Source: Promethearchaeota archaeon
GTDB taxonomy: Archaea > Asgardarchaeota > Lokiarchaeia > Sigyniarchaeales > SOKP01
NCBI GenBank assembly: GCA_016840085.1
Contig: JAEOTA010000004.1
Location: forward strand, 251,957-315,956
Direction of reading: 5' to 3'
DNA: 64,000 nt
Positions 1 through 10,200 of this stretch are shown here, piece by piece. The translations under genes and the position numbers were made by a program. The notes under the pieces were generated by a model, which was not told where the DNA came from, did not search any database, and saw only the letters and a list, made by a program, of their open reading frames with translations. Numbering within the stretch: position 1 is the stretch's first letter; every line of letters begins with the position of its first letter.

Positions 1-412
1 GAATTCTCGCTTTATCTACAAGTCCAACTGATGCTAGAATTGAACTAGCATACTCATCAGTTCCAATCTCTTTCGAACTCTTTCTACCTCTTTTTGAAAG
101 GCTTGGAACAATAATATTATCAAGTAAATTTAAAAATTTAAATGATCTAACTAATTGAAATGTTCGAGCAATCCCTAGATTCACTATTTTATAAGGGCGC
201 ATTCTAGTAATATCAATTCCGTCAAAATAAATTGTACCTGAATTAGTTTTCTCGAATCCTGATATTAAATTAAATACAGTAGTTTTACCTGCTCCATTTG
301 GTCCAATCAAGCCAATAAACTCTCCTCGCTTGATTTCAAAACTGAAATCATTTACAGCTGTTAAACCACCAAATTTTTTTGTTAAATTTTTAACCTCTAG
401 AATAATTCCCAT
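1..412 (-). CDS. livG: Branched-chain amino acid ABC transporter ATP-binding protein (runs off the window edge, 3' part missing)
   Basis: Hand translation from ATG at 412: MGIILEVKNLTKKFGGLTAVNDFSF...GPNGAGKTT...GIARTFQ; follows livM in the operon. Confidence 0.9.
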   Translation of the reverse strand, partial: MGIILEVKNLTKKFGGLTAVNDFSFEIKRGEFIGLIGPNGAGKTTVFNLISGFEKTNSGTIYFDGIDITRMRPYKIVNLGIARTFQLVRSFKFLNLLDNIIVPSLSKRGRKSSKEIGTDEYASSILASVGLVDKARI

Positions 413-453
413 TATTAATCACATTTAAATTTTTATTCCATTTAACCTATATC

Positions 454-1506
454 TTATCTACCCATTAAGACATCCCAGAAATCTTTCAGATGTTCTAAAA
501 TAGGTCTTAAAATCCCATGTTCAGCAAATCTAACAACAGTAATTAAAATTATGGCGAATATTGCAAATTTCCATAAGCCAACATCAAATGCAAAGGCGCC
601 AATCTCAACCACACCAATCTCTATTAGAATATATTCAAAAAAAATGAAGAAGAATGATCCTAATGCAGCCCCAATAATAGTAGTTAATCCTCCTAAAGAT
701 GCCATAAGAATAGCAAAAAATGAAATGACAAGTCCAAAATTTCCTGAGGGGTTTACTGAAGTAGTAGATAGGGCATAATAAGCTCCTGCTAATCCAGCAA
801 TTAACGCACTTATCATAAAAGCATAAATTTTATATCGTGTTGTATTGATTCCTGAAGCATCTGCTCCCGTTTCATCATCACGAATAGATTTAAAAATGGT
901 TCCTAATTTAGATTTACTAATTTGAATTAAAACTATAAAAATAACTATTGCTGATATGAATACAATTAGATATTCTACTATAGGATTTTCAGATAAGGAT
1001 GGTAAACCCGAAATTCCTTCAGAACCAAAAAATATATGTGAAAGCGATCCTAATAAAAAGAGTTTTAATAAAATTAAGCTGAATACGAGAGTTCCTAGTG
1101 CTAGATATGGACCTTTTAATCTTAAGCATGGAATCCCAATTAGTAATCCAAAAAATACTGCTCCTAAAGAACCAAGAATAATTGATAACCAAATAGGAAA
1201 ATTTTGATAATCAATTAGGTAAGCGCAAAGATAACCAGATATTCCAAAGAAAATTGCATGTCCAAAACTAATTTGTCCTGAAATCCCTGTAAGTAAATCC
1301 CAACTTGCTGCGAAAATTGCAAATATCAATGCTAATGTAAAATGGGGTAAGAAGAAATTTATGAAACTCTGATCAGTAGATAGGAATGGTAGAACAGTAA
1401 GAATAGCTAAACAAACTACAGTTAATCCTCCAGAAAAAGTCGTTACCCAAGATTTTAAATAACCTGGTAAATCACGCATCTTTTCTTTTATTTTATACCT
1501 TGTCAT
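454..1506 (-). CDS. livM: Branched-chain amino acid ABC permease
   Basis: GQISFGHAIFFG, RLKGPYLAL, SIRDDETGA motifs. Confidence 0.9.
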   Translation of the reverse strand: MTRYKIKEKMRDLPGYLKSWVTTFSGGLTVVCLAILTVLPFLSTDQSFINFFLPHFTLALIFAIFAASWDLLTGISGQISFGHAIFFGISGYLCAYLIDYQNFPIWLSIILGSLGAVFFGLLIGIPCLRLKGPYLALGTLVFSLILLKLFLLGSLSHIFFGSEGISGLPSLSENPIVEYLIVFISAIVIFIVLIQISKSKLGTIFKSIRDDETGADASGINTTRYKIYAFMISALIAGLAGAYYALSTTSVNPSGNFGLVISFFAILMASLGGLTTIIGAALGSFFFIFFEYILIEIGVVEIGAFAFDVGLWKFAIFAIILITVVRFAEHGILRPILEHLKDFWDVLMGR

Positions 1507-1546
1507 TTTTCTATTATCTCCTCATAAGGTTTTAATTTATTAATTA

Positions 1547-2428
1547 TCACCTAAGTTCTTTCTTTCCAAATAATCCTTGAGGTCTAATTACCAACATGAT
1601 AATAATAACTATAATGGGGATTAAATGAGCCCAAGAAGGGCCATTAGGAATGTAAATACTTGTGAAGCTAGTTACAAATCCTACTATATAGGCTCCAATA
1701 ACGCTTCCAACTAGACTTCCCATCCCTCCTAAAATCACTACTGCAAATGAATTTGTTAAAAATTCCCAACCCATTGTAGGGCCATTAATAGCAGCCGCAG
1801 GTATATATAAAACTGCAGCTATACTTGCAAGGAATGCGGAGATTATAACAGTATAAAGTAGAATTCTATTGGCATTAATACCCATAAGTGTTGCAGCTTC
1901 TCTATCTTGGGAAACTGCTCTAATTGATTTACCTATTTTTGACTTATTAATGAATAGAGCAAATAATGATACAATAATTAATGACATGATAATGACGAAT
2001 AGGAATTGATTAATCATTGAGTATCCAAATATTTCTGAAGTTCCAGAAATTAGAATATAATCATTAACTGCATAAGATTCAGTACCTGAAATTATCAAAG
2101 CCAACTGCTCAAGGAAGAAGGCTAATCCAAAAGTGATTAAAACAACACCAACATGAGTATCTTGTAAGGGTTTGATTAATATTAAATAAGTAAGACCTCC
2201 AAGTATAGTGACAATAATTAAAGCAATAATTACATTAAATAATAAATAATCAGGCCAAAAATCAAGAAACCATAAAAGCAAATATCCAGTTAACATGAAA
2301 TAAGCCCCATGAGACAAATTCATAATTTTTCCTACCCCATACACTAAGGAATAACCAAGAGCTATCAACGAAAAAACAGCTCCATTTAAAGTGCCATTGA
2401 ATAAAAAATTAAGAATATCTCCATTCAT
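1547..2428 (-). CDS. livH: Branched-chain amino acid ABC permease
   Basis: ALGYSLVYG..MNLSHG, IRAVSQDREAA, RPQGLFG motifs. Confidence 0.9.
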   Translation of the reverse strand: MNGDILNFLFNGTLNGAVFSLIALGYSLVYGVGKIMNLSHGAYFMLTGYLLLWFLDFWPDYLLFNVIIALIIVTILGGLTYLILIKPLQDTHVGVVLITFGLAFFLEQLALIISGTESYAVNDYILISGTSEIFGYSMINQFLFVIIMSLIIVSLFALFINKSKIGKSIRAVSQDREAATLMGINANRILLYTVIISAFLASIAAVLYIPAAAINGPTMGWEFLTNSFAVVILGGMGSLVGSVIGAYIVGFVTSFTSIYIPNGPSWAHLIPIIVIIIMLVIRPQGLFGKKELR

Positions 2429-2569
2429 AAATATCTTCTCATTCTAAATCATTTAATATTATTATTAATATTTTATCTCATATCTTATAAAGCTGATCTT
2501 TTTACATTTTTATAAAAAGAAAATACGAGTATAAATTGAGCTTATCTTCATTTTTATCTTTTATATAAT

Positions 2570-2585
2570 AAAAAAAAAAAAAAAA
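2570..2585 (-). terminator. Possible archaeal oligo-T terminator after the binding-protein gene
   Basis: 16-nt T run on the minus strand about 30 nt after the stop of 2614..4005. Confidence 0.4.
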
Positions 2586-2613
2586 TTATAAATTGAATTT
2601 ATTAAACTGCCTT

Positions 2614-4005
2614 TTAAGACCATGCCTCATCGACCCATGGTGCAACAAGATAATCAGCTGTGTGCAACCAAGGCGCGTATGGTGTATAAATAGCAGCTGG
2701 AACTACCTTCTTAGATCCATCAGGTTGCCATTGACACCATAATGTAAATCCATAAGGATAACCCGCGACAAGATCGTGAGAATTTGGCCACCATGCTGAT
2801 TCTCCAGACACACCAATAGGACGTTCAGTATTATCTGTTGTCCAAGTCTCCATCTCAGCAATAATATCATCTGTGTCTAATGAATCAATTGCTTCAATAG
2901 CATTAGCAAGCGCATTTACAGCATCATAAGCCCCACATGCAATATAAAGCGGTTCATGTTTAAATTGTGCGATAAACGCATCCCAAAATGCAATAGATTT
3001 CTCAGTTTTATTAGTTTTATGTAATGTTTGCATGATTGTCTCATAAGCGCATGATTCTCCACTAGACTTCCAAAAAGTATCTAATTGGGACTGAACGTCA
3101 ATACCAAAGATAAGGTAATCATATTCGTTAGCAGCATATTGTTGCATCATCAAAACTCCACCTTGAGCGGAAATGACTGGAATTAAAATATCACATCCAT
3201 CCTCTTGAAATGAAGCTAAATGGGTATTCATGTCCGCAGCACTAAGAGTAATATCATATCTGATTGGGTCTAGAACTTTTGCTTTCATACCTGTAAAAAC
3301 AGGTAAGTAATCTGCACAAGCAGCCACTAAAGTATCTACCCAGGTTAAATCTTCTGCTAGAATGCCAAATGTACTGATATCTTCATTAGGATAGGTAGCA
3401 TTCATTGTTAAGATAAAACCTGCTAATGTTTGCAATATTTGCATCCCTAGTGAACTTGAATTAATAGGCATAAATCTCCAGAAATATTTGTATGTATCAT
3501 AATCGGTCATAACATTTGTACAGAAAATATCAGTAGCAGCACCAGTATCAATAAAGATAATTTCTTCATCCATGAACTCTTCCACATATGCTAATAATGC
3601 TTCCGATCTGAAACCACCTACTGCGAAATCAACTTCTTTATCGAATATAAGTCTTCTTGCAGCATCAACTCCCCTAGAGGTTACAAGATTAGGATTAGAT
3701 TCGTCTGTATCTTCTTTGGTAACACCAATGTAGTATTTTACTCCTCCAACATCAACACCACCAGCTTCATTTATGTGTTTTGCAGCAAACCATGCTCCTT
3801 CGTAATTAGCATCACCTTGAATTTCTCCTGTATCACCAGCACATCCTATTATAATTGTATTTTCTTTATCAAAACCGCTTGGAGCTCCAGGGTATTTGAA
3901 TGGTGCTTCAGGGACTGCAAGGAAATACCAAGCTCCCAAGCCGATACCAACACCAATAACGGCGATAAGTACAATAGCTATAATTCTTTTTGTTAATTTT
4001 TCCAT
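2614..4005 (-). CDS. ABC substrate-binding protein, LivJ/LivK-like, N-terminal membrane anchor
   Basis: N-terminal TM; INEAGGV, GGFRSE, AYDAV motifs; first gene of the liv cluster. Confidence 0.85.
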   Translation of the reverse strand: MEKLTKRIIAIVLIAVIGVGIGLGAWYFLAVPEAPFKYPGAPSGFDKENTIIIGCAGDTGEIQGDANYEGAWFAAKHINEAGGVDVGGVKYYIGVTKEDTDESNPNLVTSRGVDAARRLIFDKEVDFAVGGFRSEALLAYVEEFMDEEIIFIDTGAATDIFCTNVMTDYDTYKYFWRFMPINSSSLGMQILQTLAGFILTMNATYPNEDISTFGILAEDLTWVDTLVAACADYLPVFTGMKAKVLDPIRYDITLSAADMNTHLASFQEDGCDILIPVISAQGGVLMMQQYAANEYDYLIFGIDVQSQLDTFWKSSGESCAYETIMQTLHKTNKTEKSIAFWDAFIAQFKHEPLYIACGAYDAVNALANAIEAIDSLDTDDIIAEMETWTTDNTERPIGVSGESAWWPNSHDLVAGYPYGFTLWCQWQPDGSKKVVPAAIYTPYAPWLHTADYLVAPWVDEAWS

Positions 4006-4235
4006 TTTTTAGATCACTTTTTTATTTTTTTTTTAGTTTTTAGGATTAAATTTAAATTGATCACTTACTAGTTCATTTTAGCATATATTTAAAGTTTTCA
4101 ACTTTCTTTATTTATAAAATGCATATTGAAGTAAAATTATTTAAAAAATTATTAAGAATAAAAAAAAATCTTAACAGGAAAATCAAAATCCAGTAAATTT
4201 CTAAAAATCAATTAAAAATAACAAATCTTCTTAGG

Positions 4236-7200
4236 CTAAAAACTAAAAATAAGTTGTAAAACAAACAAAACTCCAAAGCTAATAAATGCGATAAAAAGAG
4301 TGATAAGAGTGTAAAATCTCCATTTAATAGAAAGTTTTTCTCTTTCTTCTTTTCTTCCCATATATACTAAAGTAATTGTACCAATTACGGCGATTGATAT
4401 AAAAACAGTGAAAATATACCAAACAGGTGTGATATATATAAATAAAAATGCTATAACACTACCCCAACCATACGATAACCTTAATACTCTTCTTTTAAAT
4501 ATAACATCTGGATCAGTTGATTTAGCATAAGGAACAACTAGAATTAAAAATGCAAAAATCGCAATCGTCAATAAAGTCGGATGAATCGGACCTAATAAAA
4601 TACTTAGAAATAGTTCAGATAACAGAATACCAAGAAATACCGCCACAAAAGCGCTAAATGTTATCCATATAGATTTGAAATGAGTCTTTAAAAAACCAAA
4701 AACTATTTTAAACACATCATTTATCAATTGCTTGATTTTTCTGAAGAATTTAATAAGAATTTCAACAAAATTATTGAAAAGTTCACGTAATTCTTCTAAT
4801 AGAAATACAAAAGGATATATAAGCATTGTTATGAAAAGAATTGCTCCACTAAGTTCATAAGATAATGATACGTGATATAGTATTGAACTTAATAATGAGA
4901 AAAACGCTAGCCAAAAAGCAAAAGCCTTAAAAGAATGTTCTTTAAACGGTTTAACTATTATACCTAAAAACACTACAAATAATGATAGAGCTACGCTTAT
5001 ATTTAAGAAGAAATTGGTGTTTGGGACAAATCCTAAGAGTATGTGAACATCGACTGAAAGAAAAACTCCAATTGTCAAAAAGGAAATCTTTCTAAGACTT
5101 GATAATGATTTGTCTTCAAAAACACCTACATATTTATCAATACAAGTTAAAATGAAAAAGATTATACACGATAGTATTATTAGATTTAGAGCACGCAATG
5201 GATCTAAAGTAAGATAAAATAGTGGCCATATACCAAAGTCCAAGTATAAGATCATTAATAGAAAAAACCTAATTTTCTTTTTATTTGAGATTATATACTT
5301 TGAAAAATCTAATAGATTAAAAAGATAGGCTGTCTCAATTATTAAGATAAAAATTATAAGGGGTATAGATGTAAATAACAATTGAATGAATAAAGCAACA
5401 TAGAACCAAATTAAGTAAGTTGTGGTAAAGATCATTATGAATATCCACGATATAAATCTAAAGTAATTTGCTAATTTTCCTAAAAGTTTCACTAAGAATA
5501 TATCAAGTATCATTAGAACATGAACCATCAAGCTTAAACTTAAAAATACTAATTGGGGATCAATTTCTAATAAAATCAGACCTTGGAGCAAAAGGAAAAA
5601 TAGATTGAAATAAAAACATATTCCTAATACATGAGTTATATACGCTCTGTATTTAATGAGAGCTTCAGTTTTATCTGGATAAAGATGATTCAAAGCTTTA
5701 AACAAGGAATAATTTGTGTAAACTTGCATAATTATAAAAATCATGAATTCTAAACTAAGCAATACGGGATAATGTAAAATATACTGATTAATACTTAGAA
5801 GTGTAAATAATGAGATTGCAAAATAACTTATTGTATGTATGAAATTTCCATAACTTTTTTCAATCTTCTTTAGGATATGTATATCTAAAAACGTTAAAAT
5901 GAACAATATTAGTTGTGAAATGATTATACTTTCAAAAACACCTATTATTTCAGTTAATAACCCAAATATCATTAAACTAATTTCTATATACAATATCAAA
6001 ATCAATAAAGAATAGAATTTCGTTCTGAATTCTGGAAACTTTTCTTTAGTGAAAATAAAATCAATATAATTAATTGTTATAAACGAAATACATGTTTCAA
6101 TTAAAACTAACGAAAAGATGAAGAAAAAGTCTAATACATTATATATAATTAAAATTAATATCCAATTAATGGCGAGAAATCCTTGAAAACACAAAATTAG
6201 GATCAATTCAATTCGTTTTTTTACTCTTTCTTCCACTTTAATGAAAAAGTAGCTTAAAATAAATAATAAAAGAGAAGCATTTTGGGCAAATAATGAATAA
6301 TATGCTAATTGTTCTAAATTTTGAAACAATAATAATAAGCCATCAGATATTAAGGAAGCTAAGTAAAAAGATCCCCAAATAAATGTATTATAATAGAGTA
6401 TTAAACGATAAATAGAAATTTGTTGACGTGAGATATCTAAATAAGATAAAAAGTATATAGAAATAAGATTCAACACTGAAATTGTTAAAAATAATAGAAA
6501 TAAATTTAAATGAGAATGATATAAGAAAACGGATAGAGTATTACAAAATATGAACCATGATAAAACTATGAATTTGTTTCGTGTTGAATTGAATAAATAA
6601 TAGAAACTATGTCTATCGATGATGAATGTTTCGAAAAATAAACCTCCACTTAAAATTAAAACAAATAGATAAATTGATATGACACGATTTAAATCTATAA
6701 AAATTAAATAAAGTAAAAAGTTAAGACTTAAACCAATGGGAATAATTAGATATAGTATTAAGGAAATCTTATTAACATAGAGAAGTGGGTCTTGTACTTT
6801 AAATTCGATTTCAGATTTGATTATAAATCTTAAACATAATAAGAAGAGAATAGACCAAATTATAAGAAAATCCGTAATTTGATAAATTACTAATATTTGG
6901 GTGAATAAAAATTGCCTTAAAATAATTGGTAAGATAATCCCAATGAATAAAGAGAGGAGTAAAGAATTAAGGATATAGCATGTAAAATTAAGCCATTTTA
7001 TCTGATTTTTATCTTCATATAATTTCATAATACTATTTTTAATTTCGGCTTGCTCCTCTTTCACTAAATTTTTAAAAAGATTAGTCAAAATTTGGAAACA
7101 TGTTAAATACAAAAGAGCCCATGTTAGATACCAATAAGGTCTAATTACTTCAAGAATTAAAAGTAGTTCTAAAATAGGTAATGTAATAGGAATTGGAATT

Positions 7201-10200
7201 AAGAACCAGAGAACATATCGATATTCCGTTATTAAGAAATAGATAAAGAAAATGAAGACAATTGAGAAAATTGTAATAAAAATTCCAATTGAAACTTTAA
7301 AAAGAGTTAAGAAGAGTAATGATATTGAAGATGAGGCTCCAATGGTAACAATTAAATAAGGAATTACTTTATTAATTGGAATGTTCATCTTGAAATGATT
7401 AAAAACAAAAAAGGAAGTACCAAAGACGGTTAATGCAAGAAAAAAGGAAAATAATAAAAATCCCTGAAATAAACTGAATGTGTTGAAGGTTAACCAAGAA
7501 AAACCTAATATTAATAACCAAGAAAGACATAAATCTATAAGTCTTTTATGTAATTTTAAATATTTATTAGAAAAGAGACTTAAACCTACAACAATTAAGC
7601 TAATATTAATTGAAAATATTGGATTTAATATTATAGAATATAATACAAAATATACTGTTAAAAATATACCCGTTAAAATTGTGAAATAAGCTATAATTAA
7701 TATAAAACCTATTGACCTTATGTTCGGAAAAAAAGAATAAACAATTAAGCACAATCCAATTATTAATATATCTATTGAACTCGCAATTTCTAATGAAATC
7801 TTTATTGACATCAAGTAAAACTGCCAAAAAGAAGCATTTATTAATATTAATATTAACCATATTATTGAAGCAATTTTCCAATATTTAAAAATAGCGAATA
7901 CAGGGAATAATAAAACTACAGAAAATAGAATAAAAGACATATTTCTGAGTAAATGATTAGCAATAAATAGATTTTGGCTAATCCAATACAATAAAAATAG
8001 ACTTTCAGCCCATATAACAAATATAATATGAAAAAAATATTTCTTTATTTTAGTATATAATACAGGTAAGAACATTAGAGAGCATATTATTATACTGATA
8101 ATTAAAGAACCATTAAAATCATAAATTCCGAATAAATTTAACGAATTTGTAGCTATATCTATACCTGTTAGCCCTTTATATATTATGTAAAAATTTGCAA
8201 AGGGTATAATTATCCAAGCGTACCAACCTGATTTCCAAATCATCCAAGAAATCTTCCACTGATATATTCCTATAGAGATATAAAAAAGAAGAACACTTAG
8301 GTTAATAGCGATAATGATTGGAATAGGTTCTCCAATTGGAATCGATAAAGAAGAGATAATTAAGAAATATATGAATATTGGAAAAGAAAGGATAGGTGAT
8401 ATTAAATTAATAGTAAATGAGATCTTTCTGAATCTTTCAGATGATTTTTTGAAAAGAAGGACAAATCCAAATCCGGTTACACTCAGAGTTAAAGTAAAAG
8501 TAAGTATAGGATAGAAATCCAAATAAGGGGGATGATTGAAAAGTAATGAATATGATATAAAACTGATAAAATCGAATATAAACAGTAAAATGCTGGGTTT
8601 TATAAACCATTTATAATTTTCATCATTTTCACGATAAAAATGAATACCAACCAAAAGTAAAAAGATAAAAACTGAAATCGTTATGGTATAAAGAATCAAA
8701 ATATTCGTATATGAAATAAGATATACAAATGATAATACCGAGAACGATGTATATAATGAGAATTTTTCGAGAAAATTATTTTTCTTAAAATGTAATAAAA
8801 TTGAGAACAATAAAACTGAAATATAAGTTAGTAAGTATATGTTAATAGAAAAACCAATAAAGATAAGATTAAATTCAAAAATAATGTCATAAATATCAAG
8901 AAGAGCAATGATTTTTATTAATGTGATAAAACTTAGTAAATGATAAGATAAAAATCTAAATATTGGAAATAGACTTCTTTCTGAAAGAATAAGTGTATAA
9001 GATAGAATAAAAAGAAAAAGTGAAAGTATAGAGTTGAAGTAAAGCAAGCTTAAGAATAATAGTATATACAATAGATAAAATCTAAAAATTTTATACTCTG
9101 ATTCAACATCTATTGCCTTATTAAATTTTAACCAAAGATAACTCAAAAATAAAACAAGATTAACGATAATCATTGAAATTTGAATTCCGGGATTATTATT
9201 AAAGAAGGAGACTGTATTAGATAAAATATAGAATGTTTCGACATAAAAGCTTAATAATGAAACAGAAAATAAAATTACGGTTACTTTTTTCATTATTGAT
9301 TGATTAACTTCGGAAAAAAGATTCAATTTTTTGAAATAAGAGAAAGTAATGGGGGTTAAAAATGTAAAAGCTAGTATATACAAAACGATTTTTGTGAAAA
9401 TGGTATAGGAGAATATAAATATGAGAAAAAGACATACTATAATTTTAGTAAAAAGCCATGAGATAAATTCTAATCCATCTCTAAGCTTCTTAAATTCTAC
9501 TTTTATAATATATGTAAATGATTTAAGCAAGATTAAAACAAATAGAAAAAATAGTCCAAGATACCAGACTATATTATACTGTTTCAAAATAGAAGGAAAT
9601 AAATTCAGAATAGCGCTCTCATGAATTAAGAATATAATTACAAATGATAAAGAGAATATAATACCATGTAAAAGACTATCGCGTAAATATTTATGAACTT
9701 TTAATTCTTTGGAATAATTAAATAGCAGGATCAAAGTATAAATATTTATAACAAAAAATATCAAGAATGAACTGCTAATGATAAAAGGGCTAAAATAATG
9801 AAAAGAGAAAATTATAGGTAACTCTAAGATAATAAAGATTGAAATTGTTAACCAAGTAAATGTTTGAACTAATTTTAGAAAATTTATACTTCTTTCTTTT
9901 AATAAAAACTTGTTAGACAAAAAGATTAAGAATTTTAGAGTTGCAAAAAATAAAAAAAGAGATATAGTAATAATATGGACGATATGGGCGCTTAAGCCTA
10001 ATCTTTCTAATTCTAATCCAACAAAACTTGGAATTGAAATAATTAATCCTGATAGTATTAGGCTATTACCTAATATGACTTTCATAAGGAAATTCTCATT
10101 AAATAATCGTTTTTTATAAGAATATACACTTGGTAAATAAAAGAAAATTGATGCCGCAATGAAAGGTAAAAGAAACCCATAAAGAGTCCCATATAATAGG